Shown piece by piece: positions 7,640-16,175 of a stretch of 55,313 nt of DNA. The stretch's first letter is position 1; each line of letters opens with the position of its first letter. The stretch is from a virus, in UHGV virus genome UHGV-0212866; one strand, written 5' to 3'. Below the pieces are notes generated by a model that searched no databases, was not told where the DNA came from, and was given only the letters and a program-made list of their open reading frames with translations. Both the position numbers and the translations under genes were made by a program.

Positions 7640-7865
7640 TGTGCCTTTTTCTTTTTATTTATTTTTCTTTTTTATCGTAGTATAATAATATCCGATGATA
7701 TAATATTTATTATTATATAATATATATCGCAGATAAAATATAATATTTGATGGTAATATAATTTATAAGAGATAATTATAATATATAGTCCTGATATAAT
7801 TTATACAATGGCATATAATATATAAAGCGAAATATAATATACTACTGCAATATAAATAATAATAG
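7640..7865. other. Very AT-rich low-complexity non-coding segment
   Basis: Dense TATAAT/ATATA runs inside a ~900-bp region without credible ORFs. Confidence 0.7.
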
Positions 7866-8152
7866 CGCAAAAAAGACCGCCGACAGAAGCGGAGACAATG
7901 CGCCCGAGGCAAAAAGACGGCTCGCAGCTTGTGAGCGTGTGCGGCTGGCTTATGCGGTTCGGGGTGCGGCTCTCCGGCATTTGTGGCGGTTTTGTTTTTG
8001 TGCGTTTTGCTGTTTGCGGTTGCGTTTGGCGTTTGGCTGTGTGCTCCGGCTCTGGGTTGGTTGCCTTGCACCTCGCCGCCTGATTTGCTCCATTGCGTGC
8101 GCGTGTGCTTTTTTTGCCCTTTGAGGGCGTGACGGTGCACGCGCTTTTTTTG

Positions 8153-8416
8153 TTATGTGCCGGCGGGCTTGTGAGCGTGTGCGAGGGCTTCCAGCTCTGC
8201 CGCCTGTTGCGCGTCAAGTCTTGCGGTGTCCCGCTCCATTGCCTCGGCTATTGCACGGTTGACAAACGCGTTTATACTGCCGTCGCCGCATTTTGCCGCA
8301 TGGGCTTTGATTTTGTCTTTTTGGCTTTTGGGTAATAAGACCGTCAAGCGATAATAATTTTCTTGCGCCCACTGGTAACTATATTTTGACTGATTAAATT
8401 TTTCTTTTTCTTCCAT
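8153..8416 (-). CDS. Ribbon-helix-helix (Arc-like) DNA-binding protein
   Basis: YYRLTVLLPKSQKDKIKAHAAKCGDGSINAFVNRAIAEAME pattern. RBS AGGAGG. Confidence 0.8.
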   Translation of the reverse strand: MEEKEKFNQSKYSYQWAQENYYRLTVLLPKSQKDKIKAHAAKCGDGSINAFVNRAIAEAMERDTARLDAQQAAELEALAHAHKPAGT

Positions 8417-8534
8417 TTTCTTTTCCTCCTGCTTTTTACTTTATTTTATTATAACATGTGCGGCGTTTTGTTAGCTATATGAAAAATCAACAAAAATAAT
8501 ATAAAAACTTTGTGCAATATTTTGAAAAGTTTCT

Positions 8535-8575
8535 TGCGGATGATGCTTGACATCATCCGCATTATGTGCTATAAT
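8535..8575 (+). promoter_or_regulatory. Consensus promoter with inverted-repeat operator
   Basis: TTGACA 8547-8552, 17 bp, TGcTATAAT (-10 at 8570-8575). IR TGCGGATGATG/CATCATCCGCA 8535-8561. Confidence 0.85.
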
Positions 8576-8639
8576 AAACGCGTAAGGCAAACCAGATGCA
8601 AAAAACAAAAAACGCCAAAAAGGCGAGGAGGAAAAAGAA

Positions 8640-9071
8640 ATGAAAAGAAGAGCAATAAAACGTTACGAAATGATGGAGACTTGGGAGAATCTTGATTGGT
8701 GCCGTCCGTACTGGTCAAAAGATGGGACTTGCGCGGTGATTTTAAACAGCGGCGAAATCGATGCTATTATGGTTGACGGCGAAGATTTTGTAAATCCGAG
8801 CCGCGAGCAGCTCATCGCATTGGCTGCACGGTTTAACCCTGACGATGCCGACCCGGACGCGGACGGCGAAGAGCTCATCGAAATTTTACTTGACGACATG
8901 CAGATGGTCGGCTGTGCTGATTGTCCCTACTGTGACGAGTGCGAGGCGATGGAGATGAGATGCGAGAGCTGCCGCGAATGCCGGAACTGTGAGTTTTGCG
9001 ACGAGTGCGAAGATTATGCGGACATGTGCGACGGCTGCCCCTGTCGGGGCGAATGCGAGCACGCGGTATAA
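8640..9071 (+). CDS. Acidic Cys-rich hypothetical protein (paralog of 13667-13996)
   Basis: RBS AGGAGG. C-terminal CxxC repeats. Near-identical DNA to 13811-13975. Confidence 0.8.
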   Translation: MKRRAIKRYEMMETWENLDWCRPYWSKDGTCAVILNSGEIDAIMVDGEDFVNPSREQLIALAARFNPDDADPDADGEELIEILLDDMQMVGCADCPYCDECEAMEMRCESCRECRNCEFCDECEDYADMCDGCPCRGECEHAV

Positions 9072-9147
9072 AAAAATAGCGAGTGACCAGCTTAAATCAA
9101 CAAAAATTTTTATAAAAAAACGCCGTGAGGCAAGGAGGAAAAAAGAA

Positions 9148-10929
9148 ATGGAATACACAATTACAAGAAACACAAATTTTAATAGTCTTGAAATCGCTTT
9201 TGATGGCATCCCGTCGACAGCAGTCCGCGCAGCTATCCGCAATTTGAAATACAGATGGAACGCCGCTAAAAAACTTTGGTACGGCTTCGCGGATGAAGAG
9301 ACAACACGCGAAGCAATCGAGAACGCAGATAAAACAGACGCACCCGCAAAGCCTGAGACGGTAGCAAAGGCAAGCAAGCCCCGCGCCGCCTCCCTGTGGG
9401 AGCGCACGAGAACGGACAAGCTCCCCGCATACGGCACGGAAAACGAAATCAAAGCGGCAATAAATGAGCTTGCACGGGCTAAAAATTGGGGTTATGACAG
9501 AGCAGCGGCGGCATACTTCCGCGAGCATCTAAAAAAACAGTTTCCCGAGGTCAAATTTTCTATCACTTCAGGCGGCGCGGGCTGGCTCAATAAGTGCAAT
9601 ATCCGCATAATTGCATCACCATACGCGCGTATATTTGTAAAAGGAAATCCCGACGCGACGAGTTGGCGCGACGCGTGCGACCACTACGAGAACGGCGAGC
9701 AGCTCGAAGCGATATATCAATATTGTAAAAAGCTTTTTAACGCAGCCGATGCCGATGATGGCGACGATTACGCCGACTATGGCGCGCATCATGTTTTATA
9801 TGGTGATGTCACTGTATCGGGCGAATACAAACAGACCGAAGCAACGGACGAGCAGAACAGCGACGCGGCGGATTTCTCCCGCCGTGCCGCCGAGCAGAAA
9901 GAAAAGGACGAAGCCGCACGCCGCGCGGAATGGGAAGAGCGCGAGAAACAGCGCAAAATTGACGCAGAAAACGCAGAAAAAAGAAGCGCCGAGAGGAAAA
10001 AGAAAATTGACGCGATAGAAAAGCACGTTGAAATTGTGGAGCTTGCCGAGGATGCCGCAATCATGATTGACGGGCTGCAATCAGGCATCGGCAAAGAAAG
10101 CAATATTGCCGAAGTCCGCGAATCAATAGACGAGCGCGAAAGCAATAAAACAGAATCGGCGCGAATCACTCGAAAAGTCATTTTTACAGATGAAGCAATT
10201 TTCAATGATTTTTGCGGGCTGTTCCTTTGTGATTTTTCATTCCTCGCTGGAATGGGCGGAACGGCTACAAGTGACGAGCGCGTCACAAATGACAACTTTT
10301 TCAAACTCAACCGCGAGCAGCGCGAAAGCGTAAAATTTTATATGAATAATTGTGTAGCCGTTTATCTCGGTGACACCCTGCAATTTGTTGTTGACCCCGA
10401 AGGATTCGACTATGCGCGATATGTTTGCATTCCCTCCGAGGCTTCCACGGCGGAAGCCTTCGGGGACTACGAAGCCAAACAGACCGAGAGCGCAAGCCTC
10501 CGCGCCCCGTTCTACTTCCCGGAAACAATCAAAAAACAGCTCGAGAGCGCAAATCTCAACGAGGGCGACCCCGTCACGGTTTTATATTATTCTGACTTTT
10601 GCATGGTCTCAGATTACCGCGGAACGCTCGAAAGCCTTTTCCCGTGTACATATGCACAATACAGCGACGTGGCGCGGCTCTGCATGACTATTGACGGCAA
10701 GCGCAAAGCAGCCGAATTTATCATCAAAAGCGGAAACGCCGTTATATATCGCGGAGCACTGCCGCCCATTCCGCAACGCTTGAAATGCGATATAGTGCGC
10801 CGTGAAAATGGCATGATATCATACTTCGCGCGAAATGTCGGAAGCACCGCCCGCGAGTATATGCGGGATGTCATAGATTTTTACGCTGAAAACGGCTTTA
10901 CTCCGGTAATAGATACGATACAGCGATAA
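9148..10929 (+). CDS. Polyvalent-protein-like gene (LPD29-like domain)
   Basis: FDGIPSTAVR..YRWN..KKLWYG N-domain and YFREHLKKQFPEVKFSITS motif. ATG 9148 after AGGAGG. Confidence 0.6.
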   Translation: MEYTITRNTNFNSLEIAFDGIPSTAVRAAIRNLKYRWNAAKKLWYGFADEETTREAIENADKTDAPAKPETVAKASKPRAASLWERTRTDKLPAYGTENEIKAAINELARAKNWGYDRAAAAYFREHLKKQFPEVKFSITSGGAGWLNKCNIRIIASPYARIFVKGNPDATSWRDACDHYENGEQLEAIYQYCKKLFNAADADDGDDYADYGAHHVLYGDVTVSGEYKQTEATDEQNSDAADFSRRAAEQKEKDEAARRAEWEEREKQRKIDAENAEKRSAERKKKIDAIEKHVEIVELAEDAAIMIDGLQSGIGKESNIAEVRESIDERESNKTESARITRKVIFTDEAIFNDFCGLFLCDFSFLAGMGGTATSDERVTNDNFFKLNREQRESVKFYMNNCVAVYLGDTLQFVVDPEGFDYARYVCIPSEASTAEAFGDYEAKQTESASLRAPFYFPETIKKQLESANLNEGDPVTVLYYSDFCMVSDYRGTLESLFPCTYAQYSDVARLCMTIDGKRKAAEFIIKSGNAVIYRGALPPIPQRLKCDIVRRENGMISYFARNVGSTAREYMRDVIDFYAENGFTPVIDTIQR

Positions 10930-10987
10930 ACAGATGAATATAAAAAGCCTGCCGCCATTCAGGGCGGCGGGCGGAGAGGATGAAGAG

Positions 10988-11146
10988 ATGAAAAACGATT
11001 GCAGACGGTGCAAGCATTTTTACAGAGTGATGGCGACGGAAAGCGGATACAATCCTTTCCCGAGCTGCCAGAGATACGCCGACACAGGCAAACGCCCGAA
11101 TATAATCACCCGCGAATGCTTCGAGAAGAGGAGGAAAACAAGATGA
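10988..11146 (+). CDS. Small Cys-rich protein
   Basis: MKNDCRRCKHF...C...C. RBS GAGGA. Confidence 0.6.
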   Translation: MKNDCRRCKHFYRVMATESGYNPFPSCQRYADTGKRPNIITRECFEKRRKTR

Positions 11147-11249
11147 AAAAAGTTGTAAATATCATTGCTTCCGTGCTTTTGCTCCTGCTTATGGGCGTAA
11201 ACAGCGAAGCCGAGAAAAACGGCATAGTCAAAAGGTAAGGAGGCAAAGC

Positions 11250-11535
11250 ATGAAATTGTACAAATTTTCCGAAGTCAAAAAATCCATAAATCCATTTGGC
11301 ACGCGTGATGTACAGGGTTTCAAGCCCGCCGAAACGGCGAACGGCGCTTTTTTGCCGCTACCGTCAGTAACAGCAAAAAGGTTATAATTGTAGAGGATTG
11401 CGGGGAGATTTGCAATGTAACAATAAAAGACGATAAAATCACGATTGACAGCTCCAAAAATATAAATCCGAAAAATATATTCATCGCAGATGCAGAAACG
11501 GAAGAAAGAGGCGAAACAGATGGAAATCAACTTTG
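11250..11535 (+). pseudogene. Hypothetical gene frameshifted at a T6 run
   Basis: AGGAGG then ATG 11250. Adding one T at 11348-11353 gives a ~95-aa ORF ending over the next start. Confidence 0.4.
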
Positions 11536-11933
11536 ACCGCGTGACAAAACGAAGATACAACATCGAGACCGTCGCGCCGAATTGCTTTTATCTGACATTT
11601 GCAGAGCGCAACAGCCGCGGCGAGCAAATAACGATAGGCTTTACAGCGTGCAAAACGCACCCCGAGAGCCGCGCGGATTTGGCGGCGGCATGGCACAGAG
11701 CCGGAAGCACGCCCGCCCCGCTCGCGTCGTATTGGAGCGTGGAAACATACGCCACGGACGAAGAAGGCTTTTGTCATGGCTACTACAACCCCCAGCATAA
11801 ATTAGGCGGCGACGCAAAAGCCCCCGCGAGACTGATAAACTTTGATTATATGCTCCCTGCCACTAAACAGAGCGCGGCGAAAATTCTGCGCGAAGTCGAG
11901 CGCAGAGCGTTCAGAACTTATCAGCGCATCTAA
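11520..11933 (+). CDS. Hypothetical protein
   Basis: Co-oriented ORF, start MEINFD. Confidence 0.7.
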   Translation: MEINFDRVTKRRYNIETVAPNCFYLTFAERNSRGEQITIGFTACKTHPESRADLAAAWHRAGSTPAPLASYWSVETYATDEEGFCHGYYNPQHKLGGDAKAPARLINFDYMLPATKQSAAKILREVERRAFRTYQRI

Positions 11934-12043
11934 ACAGCGAGCGCGAAAAATTCTGCATGGCTTTTTTGAAACCTTGTAAACAGCAAAAGGCAAAAATTCT
12001 GCATGAGCATAAACAGACCGAACGGAAAATTCTGCATGGCTTT
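11864..12043 (+). repeat. Four bipartite direct repeats TAAACAG-N8-10-AAAATTCTGC(ATG)
   Basis: Units start at 11864, 11931, 11977 and 12010, directly upstream of recombinase 2. Confidence 0.75.
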
Positions 12044-12070
12044 CCCGCTCGGCGCAGTAGGAGGATAAAG

Positions 12071-13018
12071 ATGAATAAACAGCAATACATATCGGCGGCG
12101 GAAAGATACCTTTCCGCCCTGCCGTCCACAAACAAAAGCGCGGTAACGGTATCAAGCTACCGCATGATTTTAGATAAGTTTGCCGCTTATATGGATTCCT
12201 GCGGCATGGCAGACGGCGCGGAAATAAGCCTTGACACCGTGATAGGATGGCGCGAGAACCTCGCCGAGAGCGCGGCGATAAATACGGTGCGGCATTACAT
12301 GATGGTTTTGCACGGCTTTTTCACATGGGCAAAAAAAGTGAGGCTTGTCGGTGAAAATCCCGTTGATTTGGACGAAGTACCCAAACAGCGCGAAATAGAA
12401 TATCAGCTTCTCACGCTCGGTGAAATCGAGAGGCTATTATCTTCCGATGCACCGTCGGAGATAAACAGAAAAACAGCCCTGCGCAACCGTGCGATGATAG
12501 TTATGCTAATACAGACGGGCATGCGGAATGCGGAGCTGCGCAGTCTGCGGCTGTCGGATATCGATTTTGCCAAACGAACAATCACCCTGAAAAACGGCAA
12601 AGGCGGAAAATCCAGAACAGTGCCGTTTCCCGAGCTTTCGCGCATAGCCGTCACGGATTACCTTAACAGCGAGGTGCGCCCTATGTGGTGCACGGAAAAT
12701 GATTTGCTTTTCGGCTCGGATGCCGACGAAAACGGCAAGACGACAAACGGTGCCGCATGGCACGAATTTTCAAGCATAGGACTTTTACAGATGGTAAACA
12801 GATATATTGAAAAAGTCACAGGGCGAAAAGGAATCGGAGTTCACGCACTGCGTCATGCGGCGGCTTCCTTGTGGGACGAAAAAGGCGTACCTATGCGCGA
12901 CATACAAAATGCGCTCGGGCACAATGACATACGCACAACACAACAGATTTATGTAAGCGTGCTCAATAAGTCCAAATCCGCCGAGCGGATAAACGCCGTT
13001 TTCGATGAGAGGGCATAA
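12071..13018 (+). CDS. XerC/D-like tyrosine recombinase without arm domain
   Basis: SAM-like core-binding domain, TGMRNAEL, GKGGKSR, HALRH, LGHNDIRTTQQIY. ATG 12071 after AGGAGG. Confidence 0.92.
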   Translation: MNKQQYISAAERYLSALPSTNKSAVTVSSYRMILDKFAAYMDSCGMADGAEISLDTVIGWRENLAESAAINTVRHYMMVLHGFFTWAKKVRLVGENPVDLDEVPKQREIEYQLLTLGEIERLLSSDAPSEINRKTALRNRAMIVMLIQTGMRNAELRSLRLSDIDFAKRTITLKNGKGGKSRTVPFPELSRIAVTDYLNSEVRPMWCTENDLLFGSDADENGKTTNGAAWHEFSSIGLLQMVNRYIEKVTGRKGIGVHALRHAAASLWDEKGVPMRDIQNALGHNDIRTTQQIYVSVLNKSKSAERINAVFDERA

Positions 13019-13082
13019 ATAATAAAAGGATTTTGCTTTTACAAAAAAGATATTATTTAATGCATTTTTTGTAAAAAAACTA

Positions 13083-13111
13083 TTGACATAGCACCGAATC
13101 GGTGCTATAAT
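13083..13111 (+). promoter_or_regulatory. Consensus promoter with perfect palindrome in spacer
   Basis: TTGACA 13083-13088, 17 bp, TATAAT 13106-13111. ATAGCACCGA-A-TCGGTGCTAT 13088-13108. Confidence 0.9.
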
Positions 13112-13154
13112 AAGAGTGTAAAAAGAAAAAGCCTTGGGGCAGGAGGAAAAGAAA

Positions 13155-13640
13155 GTGGCAAAGGCAAAAGCAAAATGCATATGTGCAACATGCGGAAAAG
13201 AGTTTACCGTCGAAGTAACATGCTACAACCGTAAGGATGCGAATAATTTTGAAAGTTATGCCGCCGAGCATTATGACGAGTGCAAAGATTGCTATTCGTC
13301 GCGCATAAAAGCCGCGGCGGAGAAAAGAGCAAAAGCTCTCATCGAAAAATACAATTTGCCCGAAATCACGGGCGTGTCGGAAAAGCAAATTGCATATGCA
13401 AACAATTTGCGTAGAAATTTTTTAAACAGTTGCAGCGAAAAAAAGTTTGAATTTGCCACAACGGCAGATAGTCTTTTAGCCGATAGGCAAGAGAAATTGC
13501 AGGCTTTGGCGGATGAGCATTGCGCCGGAAATATCGAGGAGGCAAAAATCCGCGCTCTCGAAGCATACGGACTTTTGAAATATTACACATTGTTGCGTGA
13601 ATCTAACGCAGGAAAAATAATCGAATTACTAAAAGACTAA
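13155..13640 (+). CDS. Hypothetical protein with N-terminal Zn-ribbon and LPEITGVSEKQIAYA motif
   Basis: GTG start after AGGAGG. CxxC...CxxC. Confidence 0.75.
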   Translation: MAKAKAKCICATCGKEFTVEVTCYNRKDANNFESYAAEHYDECKDCYSSRIKAAAEKRAKALIEKYNLPEITGVSEKQIAYANNLRRNFLNSCSEKKFEFATTADSLLADRQEKLQALADEHCAGNIEEAKIRALEAYGLLKYYTLLRESNAGKIIELLKD

Positions 13641-13666
13641 AAGCATAAATGCAGGAGGAAAAGAAA

Positions 13667-13996
13667 ATGGAGAAGCGGAAAATAAAATTGTATGAAAGCA
13701 TGCAGAATGGCGAGAATTTGTCTTGGTGCCGTCCGTATATCTCGCGCGATGGGTCTTGTGCAATGGTTATCAACGAAGGGGAAATCATCAACATTATGAT
13801 TGACGACAAAGATTTTGTAAATCCGAGCCGCGAACAGCTCGCCGCATTGGCTGCACGGCTTAACCCTGACGATGCCGACCCGGACGCGGATGGCGAAGAG
13901 CTCACCGAAATTTTACTTGACAGCATGCGCGAAGTCGGTTGTGCTGATTGTCCCTACCGTGACGAGTGCGAATGTATGGACGAACTGCCGTCATGA
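13667..13996 (+). CDS. Acidic hypothetical protein, paralog of 8640-9071
   Basis: Shared WCRPY..DG.CA..IN.GEI...DFVNPSREQL..LAAR.NPDDADPDADGEEL.EILLD. Confidence 0.8.
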   Translation: MEKRKIKLYESMQNGENLSWCRPYISRDGSCAMVINEGEIINIMIDDKDFVNPSREQLAALAARLNPDDADPDADGEELTEILLDSMREVGCADCPYRDECECMDELPS

Positions 13997-14328
13997 AATT
14001 ATCAGAAGTCACAAGATTATTAGCGGCAGCTCGGGAGTGCAACACGCTCGAAGGCTACATTGGCGAGTGCGGCGGCTCACTGCCGGACGACAGCTATTAC
14101 GAGGATGACGGCGCGAGTAAAGCCGTCGAGGTTTTAACTGTGCTGTATGAGTGCCGCAACGGAATAAGCATAAACACATTGCTCCGGCTGTACGGCGGCA
14201 GCGTAGCTGATTTTTACCGCGAGTACGGCATCCCGCGGCGCACGATGCAAAACTGGCTGACAGAGACAAACAATCACTCCGAACCGCCGCAGTACCTTAT
14301 GCGGCTCATCCTTGCCGATTTGATATAA
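13993..14328 (+). CDS. Protein with C-terminal HTH (Aca/AcrIIA1-like regulator)
   Basis: ADFYREYGIPRRTMQNW...PPQYLMRLI motif. Last gene of the operon. Confidence 0.7.
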   Translation: MKLSEVTRLLAAARECNTLEGYIGECGGSLPDDSYYEDDGASKAVEVLTVLYECRNGISINTLLRLYGGSVADFYREYGIPRRTMQNWLTETNNHSEPPQYLMRLILADLI

Positions 14329-14331
14329 TTA

Positions 14332-14364
14332 CAAAAAAACAGCCTTTGCAGGCTGTTTTTTTTG
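14332..14364. terminator. Bidirectional intrinsic terminator
   Basis: AAAAAAACAGCCT-TTGC-AGGCTGTTTTTTTT between convergent operons. Confidence 0.85.
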
Positions 14365-14529
14365 TTTGTAATCTTTATTTCCGGTCGTTGCGCGTTGCAC
14401 GCTGCTCTTTACGATATGCCTGTGTGAGCCTATACGCGGTCAATACAGCGCGTTTCGCGTTTTTCGGGTAAACTTATATGTAAACATGCAAATCACCGCA
14501 TAGCCCCGCATTTTAAGCCACAGGGCGCA

Positions 14530-14856
14530 TTACCGCAAAAGTGCCATAAGCGCGCCGACTATCGCGGTCACCGCCACGGTTACGGCGGCACTCGCGGCGG
14601 CTATTTTGATTTTGTCAAGCAGGACAAGCGGCTTGCCCTCTATTGCATCGAGCCTGTCGTCATGGTCGGCTACGATAGCGGCGGTCTTTTCCGCATTGTC
14701 GTTTGTCCGTTTCAGCTCTCCGCAAAGCTCGGTTATAGCTATGTTCTGCTGGTGGATTTCCGTAGCAAGCGATTCCAGTTGGTCGATGCGGTGCGTGTTT
14801 GATTTCGCGCGTTCCTCCACCTTTGCCATGCGCTCGGGCATTGTAATCTCGCTCAT
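14530..14856 (-). CDS. XhlA-like lysis-associated protein
   Basis: VEERAKSNTHRID coiled coil plus C-terminal TM. Confidence 0.7.
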   Translation of the reverse strand: MSEITMPERMAKVEERAKSNTHRIDQLESLATEIHQQNIAITELCGELKRTNDNAEKTAAIVADHDDRLDAIEGKPLVLLDKIKIAAASAAVTVAVTAIVGALMALLR

Positions 14857-14877
14857 AAAAGAGTCTCCTTTGCTTTT

Positions 14878-15252
14878 TTATTTGTTTTTCAGGTCATACA
14901 GGGATGATTCTATTTTGCCGATAAGCCATCGTTCGACATCGCCGAAGTTCTCCGCGATAAATTTCATAAGTTCGTCCGAAAGCTGGTTTTTTATAGTGTC
15001 GAGTGCCATATCAAGAGCTTTTTTCTGCGCCTCTTTTGTCCATGCGTCGGTGCCTTTCAGCCCCTCAACATACGACTGATATGTAGCCTTAACGCCGTTG
15101 AGTACAATCTGCGTGATATCTCTCATGTATTTAAGGGCTTTCGCATCCTTGATATGCGCCGTCAGAAAGGCGGAAAATTTGTTTCCGAGCCATGTAATAA
15201 CGGCTGTGAGTATAATGCCGATAGTTGTAAATAAAATATCGTTCCAGTTCAT
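14878..15252 (-). CDS. Putative holin (LL-H-like)
   Basis: N-terminal TM, VKATYQSYVEGLK, KIESSLY motifs. Confidence 0.7.
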   Translation of the reverse strand: MNWNDILFTTIGIILTAVITWLGNKFSAFLTAHIKDAKALKYMRDITQIVLNGVKATYQSYVEGLKGTDAWTKEAQKKALDMALDTIKNQLSDELMKFIAENFGDVERWLIGKIESSLYDLKNK

Positions 15253-15363
15253 TTTTATATCTCCTTAATTTTAAATTTTTATTTTTACTTGCGGGTAACT
15301 TGCGGGTAACTTGCCGTTGCCGAACACTTTATAATCGATTTTCATATTGCCTCCTGCACATCT

Positions 15364-16155
15364 TTACACGATTTCCATATCATCTATTTCCTCGTCGGCA
15401 GAGGCAGGGACTTCTTTATAAAAGGTACCAGTAGATATATTTGTCAAAAAGCGACCATCAACTTGGTTGTACATACCTAATACACCATCAGACTTTCTCT
15501 CAACAGGTATTAAGTCTAATAGTAGATTACCATTATTATCCCAATATTTAAAGTAGTGAATTATTCTTGTACCTTGTACAGCTGTCTCTGCGTTTGTTCT
15601 GTTGACAGCAAACAAATAGATATTATATGGAGATGTATCATAAGCTATAGTAGAGCTTTGAGAAGCAGTTCTTATATCTGATTTATCTCCTATTATTATA
15701 GATATATCTTTTGTATCAGTATTAGCAGTACAAGTCCATACTACAGTATCATTTATACTATATCCTGCTATTTGAGGGTATATAGCATCATTAGCAGCAG
15801 GACCTATATTAAAGATAGCAGTACCGCTGCTCCAATATCCCCTACATCTTGCAGTAGTGTAAAATACACCAAATAGATTACTATTGCCATATAAAGTAGT
15901 TTTAATTTCTATTTTACATCCATTTTGATATGGTATACCAGTATCTATCCAAGCCTTAGAGTTATCAGTAGCCACAAGATAGGGTAATTCTGTATATGCC
16001 GCAGGCAGTTTTAAATTTCGGAGTGCCTGCCCATTGGTGAGCAGTAACTTGTTATTGTGCGTGAGAACTTTAAGCGGAGTATCACCGCCACTCTGCCATT
16101 TTATAGCCTGCCCGTCGGCGAGAATTACCTTGTTATTTCTAATCAAAACTTTCAT
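15364..16155 (-). CDS. Putative receptor-binding/tail tip protein (lectin-like), AT-rich core
   Basis: WIDTG...DLIPVERKSDG..GMYNQVDGRF motifs. Follows the tail fibre gene. Confidence 0.65.
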   Translation of the reverse strand: MKVLIRNNKVILADGQAIKWQSGGDTPLKVLTHNNKLLLTNGQALRNLKLPAAYTELPYLVATDNSKAWIDTGIPYQNGCKIEIKTTLYGNSNLFGVFYTTARCRGYWSSGTAIFNIGPAANDAIYPQIAGYSINDTVVWTCTANTDTKDISIIIGDKSDIRTASQSSTIAYDTSPYNIYLFAVNRTNAETAVQGTRIIHYFKYWDNNGNLLLDLIPVERKSDGVLGMYNQVDGRFLTNISTGTFYKEVPASADEEIDDMEIV

Positions 16156-16175
16156 ATTGCCTCCTTATCTGGCAC

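Noticed and set aside
7421..8335. ORFs in the strand-biased non-coding block
   Set aside because: Low-complexity translations, no RBS, and overlapping each other on both strands.
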